A stretch of DNA of 59,520 bases, filler included. It is 8 parts of 8 records of this genome, joined end to end, with 100 filler letters (N's around TTAATTAATTAA, not from the genome) between each part and the next. Parts side by side here need not be neighbours in the genome. Positions count along the whole stretch, not along the records: positions 6,437 to 13,483 come from SRR31147125_74671; positions 13,584 to 18,913 come from SRR31147125_74728; positions 19,014 to 25,982 come from SRR31147125_75138; 5 more parts are not named here. The stretch is one strand, 5' to 3'. A model generated the notes under the pieces. It was not told the DNA's origin. It did not search any database and saw only the letters and a program-made list of their open reading frames with translations. A program made the position numbers and the translations under genes. The first letter of the stretch is position 1. Each line of letters begins with the position of its first letter. Shown piece after piece: positions 11,294 through 19,341 of the stretch.

Positions 11294-11326
11294 AAAGAGC
11301 ACATCCGTTAAGATGCGCTCTTTTTT
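11294..11326. terminator. Bidirectional intrinsic terminator
   Basis: AAAGAGCACATC-CGTTAA-GATGCGCTCTTTTTT between convergent genes. Confidence 0.8.
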
Positions 11327-11333
11327 ACTGTCG

Positions 11334-11906
11334 TTATTTATTAAGACGGAGCAGAACGTCTGCCATGTTTTGACCAAGCGTCTTCATTACACCGATACCT
11401 TCGTCGTCTCCAGCCACGTCGCCGATCGCTTTGCCGACACCTTGGTTCCAATAGCTAGAGCCAATAACGATACATTCGCTGATAGTGAAAAGGTTGTTCA
11501 TGGCGTTGAACGTTGTCAGAGCGCCGTTGCGGCGATGTACTGCCACGCTTGCGCCAACTTTCCCTTTCAACATCTTTTTAGATCGCGTCGCATAACCCAC
11601 GCGGTCGATAAACGCTTTCATCTGTGCCGTTACATTGCCGAAGTAAACAGGAGAGCCAAGTATGAATGCGTCGGCTTCCTCAATAGCATCTATGCATTTA
11701 TTGATCAAATCGTCATTAAAAACGCAGCGCGATATACCGCTTTTTCGGCATTGGCCGCAGCCCATGCAGCCGAACACATTGCGTTCGCCTATCTGAATTA
11801 GTTCTGTCTCTATGCCTTGTTGACCAAGCTCGTCAAGCACGACACTGAGCATCTGGTATGTGTTGCCCTTCTTATGGGGGCTTCCGTTAAATGCAATTGC
11901 TTTCAT
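11334..11906 (-). CDS. Iron-sulfur flavoprotein / flavodoxin-family NADPH-dependent FMN reductase
   Basis: NGSPHKKGNT, CMGCGQC....C, LGSPVYFG and KAFIDR motifs. Confidence 0.9.
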   Translation of the reverse strand: MKAIAFNGSPHKKGNTYQMLSVVLDELGQQGIETELIQIGERNVFGCMGCGQCRKSGISRCVFNDDLINKCIDAIEEADAFILGSPVYFGNVTAQMKAFIDRVGYATRSKKMLKGKVGASVAVHRRNGALTTFNAMNNLFTISECIVIGSSYWNQGVGKAIGDVAGDDEGIGVMKTLGQNMADVLLRLNK

Positions 11907-11973
11907 TATGGTGAACCCTTTCTTAATATATAGTAATTATTATAATACAAACGTGAAAAATATTACAGCTAAA

Positions 11974-12777
11974 TCAGGCCTTCCATGTAAGGCTGCGCAG
12001 CACTTCGTCTACACCGCCGAAAACGTAATGCGGTTTTGCGTCGCTTTCGTCGATATCCTGCTGCGTCATCTCGCCGGAAAGCACGCCGATGGCGACCATG
12101 CCGTTGTCGAGCGCGAGGTGCATGTCTGTGTATAAACGGTCGCCGATCACAGCCGTTTTGCCGGCGGGTATCCCTGTGGCGCGCTGTATGTATTGCGCCG
12201 TCTCGGGAAATGGTTTACCAAGATATTTCGGATGTTTTCCGGTCGCCACGGTCAGCATAGCGCATATGCTGGCGCAGTCTGGAAGCACGCCGCCGTTGTC
12301 GAGCGGGCACACAGAGTCGATATTGGTTGCGAGAAACGGCAGACCCTCGCGCAGAAGATCGACAGCCCTGCTGGCTTTGGCAAAAGTATACGTCGTGTCA
12401 AACGCAACAAGAACGCAATCTGGCCGCTCGGTGTCTGTGCAGATGATGTCGGCCTCGGTCAGTTGCTCTATCAGCGGTGGTGTACCGACGACATACGCCT
12501 TAGGCGCTTGTCCGAATCTTGTTTTCAGATAGTCGGCCGCCACATCGCCGGATGTGATGATGCGGCTGCGGTCATACGTGCCAAACCCCAGGCGCTCCAG
12601 CTTTTCGATATAGTTGTTTGGCGATTTAGAAGAGTTGTTTGTCAAAAAATAGTAAGGTATGCTGTGCTCTTCGAAGTATCCGATAAGATCATATGCGCCG
12701 TCCAAAACGCGGTCTTCAAGATATATCGTACCGTCCATATCGAGTACGAAGCATTCGGTGTCTTTTAAAGGGATCAT
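11974..12777 (-). CDS. HAD-IIA family phosphatase (NagD-like)
   Basis: LDMDGTIY, LTNNSS, GKP and IGDRLYTD motifs. Confidence 0.92.
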   Translation of the reverse strand: MIPLKDTECFVLDMDGTIYLEDRVLDGAYDLIGYFEEHSIPYYFLTNNSSKSPNNYIEKLERLGFGTYDRSRIITSGDVAADYLKTRFGQAPKAYVVGTPPLIEQLTEADIICTDTERPDCVLVAFDTTYTFAKASRAVDLLREGLPFLATNIDSVCPLDNGGVLPDCASICAMLTVATGKHPKYLGKPFPETAQYIQRATGIPAGKTAVIGDRLYTDMHLALDNGMVAIGVLSGEMTQQDIDESDAKPHYVFGGVDEVLRSLTWKA

Positions 12778-12935
12778 ATTATTACCATCCAGAATAAGTG
12801 TTTCCGCTCATAAAGCAGATTATCATTGCGATTGTATCAGAAACAAGGCGGTATAACAACATAATAATTAAAGGATAATATTTACGGACAAAGGTTTACA
12901 GCAAAAAAACAATGGCCTAATATCATAAAATTTGC

Positions 12936-12964
12936 TGGACAAACACACCCGCTTGTGGTATCTT
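12936..12964 (+). promoter_or_regulatory. Sigma-A promoter of pyrR
   Basis: TGGACA-N17-TATCTT with an extended -10 TG. Confidence 0.6.
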
Positions 12965-12983
12965 AATCACGAAGAATACAACA

Positions 12984-13071
12984 TCCTTTAATTCGGTCCA
13001 AGAGAGACCGGCAAGGTTCATTTCGATGCTGTGCTTGATTCGTTTGCCTTGCCGTTTGGTGAGGTTTTTTT
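12984..13071 (+). promoter_or_regulatory. PyrR-binding attenuator (pyr leader RNA)
   Basis: CCTTTAA..CGGTCCAAGAGAGACCG binding loop; CGGCAAGG can pair with CCTTGCCG (antiterminator); terminator CCTTGCC-GTTT-GGTGAGG followed by T7. Directly upstream of pyrR. Confidence 0.88.
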
Positions 13072-13100
13072 GGTTGTTATCTTAGGAAGCGAGGTGCAAG

Positions 13101-13483
13101 GTGGAAAAGGCGCTTATTATGGACAGTGTTGCGCTAGATCGTGCGCTAAAGCGTATTGCTCATGAGATCATAGAAAAGAACAAGGGCGCAGATGATCTGG
13201 CACTTATTGGCATTCACCGACGCGGCGTGCCGATTGCAAAACGTATTGCAGCATATATTGACGCGTTTGAAGATGCAAACATAGATATCGGATCGCTCGA
13301 TATCACATTCTATCGCGACGACTTGTCGCTTCTTGCCGACCACCCTGTTATCAAAGGAACGGATATCGCGTTTGACGTCAACAAAAAGACGATTGTGCTT
13401 TGTGATGATGTACTTTATACGGGTCGTACCGCAAGGGCTGCGCTAGATGCGCTGATGGACATCGGGCGGCCTAACTATATCCA
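13101..13483 (+). CDS. pyrR: Pyrimidine operon regulator / uracil phosphoribosyltransferase, 3'-truncated
   Basis: [26 protein letters not shown] and [17 protein letters not shown] motifs. Confidence 0.96.
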
Positions 13484-13583
13484 NNNNNNNNNNNNNNNNN
13501 NNNNNNNNNNNNNNNNNNNNNNNNNNNTTAATTAATTAANNNNNNNNNNNNNNNNNNNNNNNNNNNNNNNNNNNNNNNNNNNN
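13484..13583. other. Artificial contig linker
   Basis: N44-TTAATTAATTAA-N44. Confidence 0.99.
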
Positions 13584-14491
13584 CCCGCATCAAAATAATA
13601 CTGCCCTGTCACCTTGTCATAGCTAAGTGCATTTTGGCTGCCCGAAACAGTTGGGTTTGCATGAGTATCCAGTATCTTGGATATCTGCGCCGTACGTATC
13701 TCCAGCTCCGAAACTATACTATCCACATCCATATAGTCATCTATTCCATAAACGCTATCCGATGTCAAAACATTATGCACAGGCACTATAGCAAAGTCTT
13801 TAAGCTGTGTTTTCCTGTCACGCTCCTCTATCAGCATCTTGCCGATAGTCCGCTTGTCCTTCATCCTAAATACTTTCTTCGTGTAGCTGCCTTTGCTGTG
13901 CACATACGCAGTCAAAATAGTCTGCTCCTTGCCCAGCTCGTCCACGCTCTCGCTTAGCCAAGCCAGCACATAGTGCTCTACCTTTTTCCTGTCCTCTTTG
14001 CTAACCACAGTAAACAAAAACTCAGGGCTGGAAATGCTTATCTTTCCCTTGCCCCCTTCAACGTCTACTTTGAAAACAGTCGTACCATAGCGTGAGCAGT
14101 CAATAGCGCCTTGGTAGCCAATTGAAAAAAGATCAGACTTTTCAACAATCGCATCAATTACTTCCTGCTGGCGCAGGCTTTCTTTTTTGTGGTTTTTGTC
14201 CGTTTGCTTGTCTTTTTTCTTTTTAGAAGCACTGATAATAGGCTTTTCCATAAACAAAAAATCAGCCGTCTTTAGGCTGATCTTCTTTTGAAAATTCAAA
14301 ACGATAGGATAGCTTATCACCTCTGCACTAGAGCCTACTACTTTTTCTATCCTTCGCCACTGCTCGTTGTACACTTCCATATGGCGGTTCTCGAATATCC
14401 TTTTGTTCTGGGCGTACCTTTCTAGTCGCTCCCTTTCACACTCTGGCGGAAACTGCGCTCCGCTTTCTAACCAGTTTAGATTGTTTAGCAT
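13584..14491 (-). CDS. Phage portal protein (SPP1 gp6-like), 3'-truncated
   Basis: FPPE.ERERLERY..NK..F, LNFQK.IS.K.ADFLF.E.P, YGIDDY..VDSI..EL and ILD.HANP motifs. GAGAGG RBS before the ATG at 14491. Confidence 0.75.
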
Positions 14492-14533
14492 ATTATACCT
14501 CTCACTCAATCATTTTCTCTCTGTCTTTTTTCA

Positions 14534-14727
14534 TGGAGACTCTGTCTCCAAACCTCTGTTAAAGGGATTATTGAATCCCCTGCTTTGCACGTTGTTCAGC
14601 CCTCTCAAGGGATGTTCATTTTGCAAATGAACTACCTACGAGGGCATGTGTAACTAATATTTGTTTCTTTCAATAATTGTTTTGGCATCTTTAAAAAGAT
14701 GCCTTCCTTTAAAATCCCAATTTTGGG
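14534..14727. repeat. Cluster of short inverted repeats (REP/MITE-like)
   Basis: TGGAGAC/GTCTCCA, GGGATT/AATCCC, nested GCCCTC..GTTCATTT/AAATGAAC..GAGGGC, GGCATCTTT/AAAGATGCC and CCCAA/TTGGG. Confidence 0.6.
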
Positions 14728-14732
14728 TATAT

Positions 14733-14761
14733 AAAAATTCACGGAGTGAATCCGTGAATTT
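14733..14761 (-). terminator. Intrinsic terminator of the toxin-antitoxin-chaperone operon
   Basis: 11-bp stem AAATTCACGGA/TCCGTGAATTT with a U-tract on the minus strand, just downstream of the SecB-like gene. Confidence 0.75.
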
Positions 14762-14801
14762 AGTTCAGTTTTGTGTGGTTGTTAGGTATTTAAAGACTCA
14801 T

Positions 14802-15256
14802 TTAGTCACTAGTAGGCTTTTCTTTGTTATTATGAAACTCAACCAAATCGTTAATATTAATTGTTGGCAATATTAGAGCTGCATTCTATCCCCCACTCAC
14901 TAGTTGCACTTGAGAAAAGAACGTATAAAAGGTATTAGTAATGCAATTCCTTGATATTCAAGAAACTGTGAAAATACATCTTCTTCCATCTTCTCTTTTT
15001 CTGCTTCAAATATGCCTAAAACTTTCAAATGTATATCGAAAATTATGCCGTTATCATCTTCAACTTTTGCAGTTACACATATTTCCAATGCGCCAATATT
15101 AGAATCTTCATTTTCTATACTAGACAAATCATAATCTATACCTATTTTTATTTCACCAGAAGCCCCTTTTTCTACTTCTCCTGTGTTTATGCTAAATTCT
15201 TTGACAGAAAATGATTTTAATCTAAAATCACTTTTTACCATTTCTAAATCAATCAT
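14802..15256 (-). CDS. SecB-like chaperone, C-terminal region broken by indels near 14880-14915
   Basis: F.I.L.V.GIF....F...LE.QGIALLIPFIRSF is SecB-like. The expected C-terminus ALILPTININDLVEF...* lies in another frame and ends at 14802; the printed ORF stops at 14900. Confidence 0.8.
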
Positions 15257-15265
15257 CTTTTCTCC

Positions 15266-15673
15266 TTAAGCTGCTTTCCATTGAAGTATTTTACATCTAG
15301 CTTGTCCATCATCTTCAATTAATGGAGATTGTTCTGTGTTATACCTAAAAGATTCTTTTTGATTCATAACAATATTCATTTGACCTTTTTCAATTTTTAC
15401 GGAAAAATCCCATCCTAGTTTATCACAAATATTGCATAAAAATTCTATTGTGAAATTATAATCTCCACCTTCTATTTTTGAAACCATAGGTTGTGTAATA
15501 CCTAATTTGTCAGCCATTTCTTTCTGACTTAAATTATTATCGTGTCTGTAATCAGAAAGTGCAAGTGATATATCACCCATTGCATCATAGCACATCTCCA
15601 ATGCATTATTTTTATTTTCTTCAAGGAATTCTTCAATAATGCTAGTTGCATTATAATCAACCTCGTATCTCAT
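15266..15673 (-). CDS. Xre/HigA-type HTH antitoxin with C-terminal extension (putative ChAD)
   Basis: YRHDNNLSQKEMADKLGITQPMVSKIEGGDYNFTI, then a ~35-aa tail ending WKAA. AAGGAG RBS. Confidence 0.85.
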   Translation of the reverse strand: MRYEVDYNATSIIEEFLEENKNNALEMCYDAMGDISLALSDYRHDNNLSQKEMADKLGITQPMVSKIEGGDYNFTIEFLCNICDKLGWDFSVKIEKGQMNIVMNQKESFRYNTEQSPLIEDDGQARCKILQWKAA

Positions 15674-15715
15674 TTTATTAACTCCTTACCTTTCGTCCTA
15701 TTAGTATATGTTAAA

Positions 15716-16116
15716 TTATAATTTATTATACCTATCTCTAGCTATCCTAAAAGCTCTTTCATAATCTTTTCTAGCTTCCTTTTCTTTGAATATATGAAGC
15801 AATATACAATGCTTTTTTTCGTTAACTTGTTTTAGGCATGCTATTACTCTTATATTCATACTATTACCACTAACTGGTATTTTATATAAGTCAGTTGAAT
15901 TTTTATAACTCGGTTTTTCAAAGTAATTATTTCTGCATAAATCGCTGCTATCTATTCGATTATGTATATATTCAATTTTTTTCTTAGTGAAAGAAAATAT
16001 CTATACATATCTCCTTTACCTGTTATCAATCCAGGGCAGTCTTCCTCTGCTTCTGGAATTATCAAAACACGGTTATACTTTTTAATTACGGTTTTAAGTT
16101 TACTGAATACTACCAT
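15716..16116 (-). CDS. HigB/RelE-like (Gp49-type) toxin, split at an A7 run (15976-15982)
   Basis: Joining the frames gives ~133 aa: MVVFSK...LRKK/IEYIHNR...YFEKPSYKNSTDLYKIPVSGNSMNIRVIACL...CILLHIFKEKEARKDYERAFRIARDRYNKL*. Confidence 0.78.
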
Positions 16117-16125
16117 TCTTACCTC

Positions 16126-16155
16126 ATTATATAACTTATAAGTTATATTAGTCAA
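16126..16155 (-). promoter_or_regulatory. TA promoter with perfect 20-bp palindromic operator
   Basis: Minus strand TTGACT-N18-TATAAT. The perfect palindrome ATATAACTTATAAGTTATAT at 16129-16148 covers the spacer and part of the -10. Confidence 0.8.
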
Positions 16156-16461
16156 GCTTTTTTGTTAAATAATGTTAAAATAATAACAATAAATTTTACA
16201 TTTATTTTTATTATATTTTTATATTTTATCATAATAAACATAATATAACAATTAAACTATATAAAGTTATACATTTATTTATAATATCCGATGTTTATAG
16301 CATGACTTTTATCCATACCATTAAAATGTGTATGGATAATACACTTACAATAAATAAGAACCAATTGCTGGCAAACTTATACTAATAGGCAAGTCACCAA
16401 TCAAGAGAAAAAATCGTCCTTTCAATGTGACTTACACAGTTTATACTCATGTCTTTTTTGA

Positions 16462-17223
16462 TTATTGGTTTCTAATTCTTGTGTAATTGTTAATAAAGCT
16501 AATACAAGCCCTTACAATTATATCCTCAAATTCATCATAATCTAATGATACTTCATATGAATGATCCTCTTTATTTTTCTTCTTTGATGTAAAATTTTTG
16601 GTATCAATATTTACACTGATTAAAAGAGGTATATCATCATGCCTATTTTTAAACATTGCGTGCCAGTAATCACCTTCATGTGTTGCACAATTTCGATACT
16701 CATAAACTATCCCTGCAAACTCATTAATACTTATTGTTGTAGTTAATATCGGTTTATATTGCTCATCTGGTTTAAATCTAATATCACTTCTACTAATTTT
16801 AAACTTTGTTTTTATAACTTCTTTATCTTCATCTAAAATATAATTACAAAAAAATTCTCTTACTAATTCTCCTTTAAAACCTTTTTCTCTTTTAAGAAAT
16901 AGTAATGTTTCAATGCAGGTGATTATGTACACTATTTTGAAGATATCTTTGCCTTTTCTAATTAAATCCATATCTCTTGCCGCATTTATTAATCGCTCAA
17001 CTGTATTAAGCATTCGTTTAGGAATAAAGCATATTTCATCTTCTTCCTTAATTTCACTGAAGCTATCGTTCTTCTTTTTTTGTGTTGGTTCTCTAGATAG
17101 TGCAGAGTGTATAAAATCTAAGCATTCATCATCTGATTGAAAAAATTCTCTATAAAATAGCCATAGCCTAGCTAGATGGTCGCTATCAATTTTCTCTAAC
17201 ACAAAATCTAACTGCTTGCTCAT
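16462..17223 (-). CDS. Hypothetical protein with HEPN-like Rx4H motif
   Basis: YEYRNCATHEG motif and an upstream helix IITCIETL. Has its own AAGGAG RBS and a promoter (TTGGCA-N18-TATAAT). Confidence 0.6.
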   Translation of the reverse strand: MSKQLDFVLEKIDSDHLARLWLFYREFFQSDDECLDFIHSALSREPTQKKKNDSFSEIKEEDEICFIPKRMLNTVERLINAARDMDLIRKGKDIFKIVYIITCIETLLFLKREKGFKGELVREFFCNYILDEDKEVIKTKFKISRSDIRFKPDEQYKPILTTTISINEFAGIVYEYRNCATHEGDYWHAMFKNRHDDIPLLISVNIDTKNFTSKKKNKEDHSYEVSLDYDEFEDIIVRACISFINNYTRIRNQ

Positions 17224-17304
17224 AATTCACTCCTTACGTTTTTAACAATAAAACAATTATATCACCATATAATTTATTTTGCCAACAATATGCAAGTCTG
17301 CTAT

Positions 17305-17350
17305 TTCTCCCCTCGAAGGGAGGTGTCAATCTACGATTGACGGAGGGGTG
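17305..17350. repeat. REP-like palindromic element
   Basis: CTCCC/GGGAG, GTCAATC-TAC-GATTGAC and CCCCTC/GAGGGG hairpins; GC-rich island in AT-rich DNA. Confidence 0.6.
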
Positions 17351-17384
17351 CTATTAGCTAACTCCATCCAACTTTCAGCCAACC

Positions 17385-17409
17385 AAAAAGCACACCTTTC
17401 GATGTGCTT
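17385..17409 (-). terminator. Intrinsic terminator of the fic gene
   Basis: Minus strand AAGCACATC-GAAA-GGTGTGCTT followed by a T-run. Confidence 0.8.
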
Positions 17410-17430
17410 AATCATTCGTAATGTCTTTTA

Positions 17431-18516
17431 TCACCTTAATATATCTATCAACTCATAGAAATAATATATTTTATTTCTTATCTTGTCATTGCTATAAACC
17501 AATGAAACCTCCTCTAACAAACTCACATGCTTTCTCGCTGTTTCGTAGCTTATACCTAATTTAGTCTGAACTTGCCTAATACTGAAAATAGGACTACTAA
17601 ATATAATTTTTACTACATCATTTCTAATGCCATTCTCATTTGTTAAAGCTTCAGCTTTTTTATAAAGCTTTTCTACTCTTAATAATCTGTCAATAGCAGT
17701 GTCTGCTTGTCTCTCGGCAGAAATTATAAAAAATTCAATCCATTCTTTCCATTTAGGATTATTAGTTCTTAAATTATTCAATAATTTATAATATTGGTAC
17801 TTATTCTTTTCCAACTCAATACTTAAGAAAAAATTAGTATCTTTTATAATCTCTCTAGACAACAGGTACAAAACTATTATAACTCGTCCTAATCTTCCAT
17901 TTCCATCATAATAGGGATGAACAGTCTCGAACTGTCCATGAATAACAGCCGCTTTCGCAAGAACTCCTAATTGTTTAGTATAATCATCGTTAATATAGTT
18001 CTCTAAGTTTCCTATTAGTCTGTTTATCTCGTTAGCAGGTGGTGGTATATAAGTAGCATCTTCTATTTTATCAGTTGAATCAATAAAATTCTGTGTTGTT
18101 CTATATTCACCAGGGTTTCTATTAGCACCTCTGGAATTAACCATAATGGTTTTATGAAGCATATTAAACAATCTAGTACTAATAGGTAACGTATCAAGTA
18201 ACTCTTTCCCTTGTTCAAGTGCTCTAGCATAATTCAATACTTCAATAATATCATTGCTTTTTTTACCAGTAATGTCTGATTCCATTACATCAGATAGCGT
18301 AGCTTGTGTTCCTTCTATTTTTGTTGATTCAATCGATTCTTTCAATGTAAAAGCAGACATCAAATTCTTTTCGACTATTGAACGCTCTAACATAGTGTTA
18401 AACTGGCTTATCTTAGACCTTGCACTACTCTCTAAATGGAGCAACTCAATGATCTCTTCACTAGATAGTTCAGGAGGTAGTAAATCTGGAATGTACGGCT
18501 GTAATGTTTTTTTCAT
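17431..18516 (-). CDS. Fic-family protein (class II, N-terminal inhibitory motif, C-terminal HTH)
   Basis: HPYYDGNGRLGR Fic motif, STKIEG inhibitory helix and PGEYRTTQNFI. AAGGAG RBS before the ATG at 18516. Confidence 0.92.
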   Translation of the reverse strand: MKKTLQPYIPDLLPPELSSEEIIELLHLESSARSKISQFNTMLERSIVEKNLMSAFTLKESIESTKIEGTQATLSDVMESDITGKKSNDIIEVLNYARALEQGKELLDTLPISTRLFNMLHKTIMVNSRGANRNPGEYRTTQNFIDSTDKIEDATYIPPPANEINRLIGNLENYINDDYTKQLGVLAKAAVIHGQFETVHPYYDGNGRLGRVIIVLYLLSREIIKDTNFFLSIELEKNKYQYYKLLNNLRTNNPKWKEWIEFFIISAERQADTAIDRLLRVEKLYKKAEALTNENGIRNDVVKIIFSSPIFSIRQVQTKLGISYETARKHVSLLEEVSLVYSNDKIRNKIYYFYELIDILR

Positions 18517-18707
18517 TTTCTGCTCCTTTCTAGTATTTGTATGCATAAAATAGCTTTTTATACTATAAATATTTGCTTTTCTAGTATAATAACACTTTCC
18601 GTTTGGTATTACAATATAAATTTTGAATTCATTATATCATTATATGTATTAATTAACAATCCAAGATAATAAACCCAGTAGTACACTATATCCCAGCCCC
18701 CTTTTCA

Positions 18708-18900
18708 CTAACTCCAAGCGACTTTCAGCCAGCGAAAAAAATTGCCCATTCAGCGCGATTCGCGAAGCGTGATACATCTATCATTGTAGCAAGCTGTATT
18801 GTGGGCGCAGTTCATCTATTAACAACGATTAGCCAATGCGCCATGGGTGATTTTTGGTTCGGTTGCCTCGTAAGGCAAGAGAGCGCATCTGAAAGTCTTG
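18708..18900. repeat. ~190-nt highly structured element (MITE/REPIN-like or ncRNA); left end partially duplicated at 17358-17389
   Basis: Terminal IR GACTTTCAG/CTGAAAGTC; stems AAAAATTGCCCAT/ATGGGTGATTTTT, GGCGCA/TGCGCC and TTGCCT/AGGCAA; GCGAAGC mini-hairpin. Confidence 0.65.
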
Positions 18901-18913
18901 AATTCTTTTGTCA

Positions 18914-19013
18914 NNNNNNNNNNNNNNNNNNNNNNNNNNNNNNNNNNNNNNNNNNNNTTAATTAATTAANNNNNNNNNNNNNNNNNNNNNNNNNNNNNNN
19001 NNNNNNNNNNNNN
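18914..19013. other. Artificial contig linker
   Basis: N44-TTAATTAATTAA-N44. Confidence 0.99.
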
Positions 19014-19015
19014 GG

Positions 19016-19339
19016 GAAGCGTGTATGACACCCAAGCAGGCCACGGAAAGCCCGAAAGCAAAGGTTGAGGCGACGCTTCCATTTCCGAATTCCGTTGTAG
19101 ATGACGACGACGCGTTGGAACCGTTTCTTTCCCGCATGCAAAAAGAATCTCTTCCATCAATAGAGCAGATGCTGCAGGCGATTCGCACGATTATGGGTCA
19201 AGTAGACACCATCGAAGCGTTTCGAGAGAGTTTGCTGGATGCATGGGGAGATATGGATTCCGACACATTGGGTATCTTGATGGCTCAGGCTATGACCGCA
19301 GCCGACTTGATGGGACGGTTTGAGGTAACCCAAGAATAA
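19016..19339 (+). CDS. Mu gp29-like portal protein (DUF935), C-terminal fragment
   Basis: The frame is open from the contig start; C-terminus FRESLLDAWGDMDSDTLGILMAQAMTAADLMGR lies directly before gpF. Confidence 0.75.
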   Translation, partial: EACMTPKQATESPKAKVEATLPFPNSVVDDDDALEPFLSRMQKESLPSIEQMLQAIRTIMGQVDTIEAFRESLLDAWGDMDSDTLGILMAQAMTAADLMGRFEVTQE

Positions 19340-19341
19340 AA

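Noticed and set aside
15952-16155. 67-aa ORF starting at TTG 16155
   Set aside because: The start lies in the -35 box and the ORF runs through the operator. The real gene starts at ATG 16116 and continues past the A7 run.
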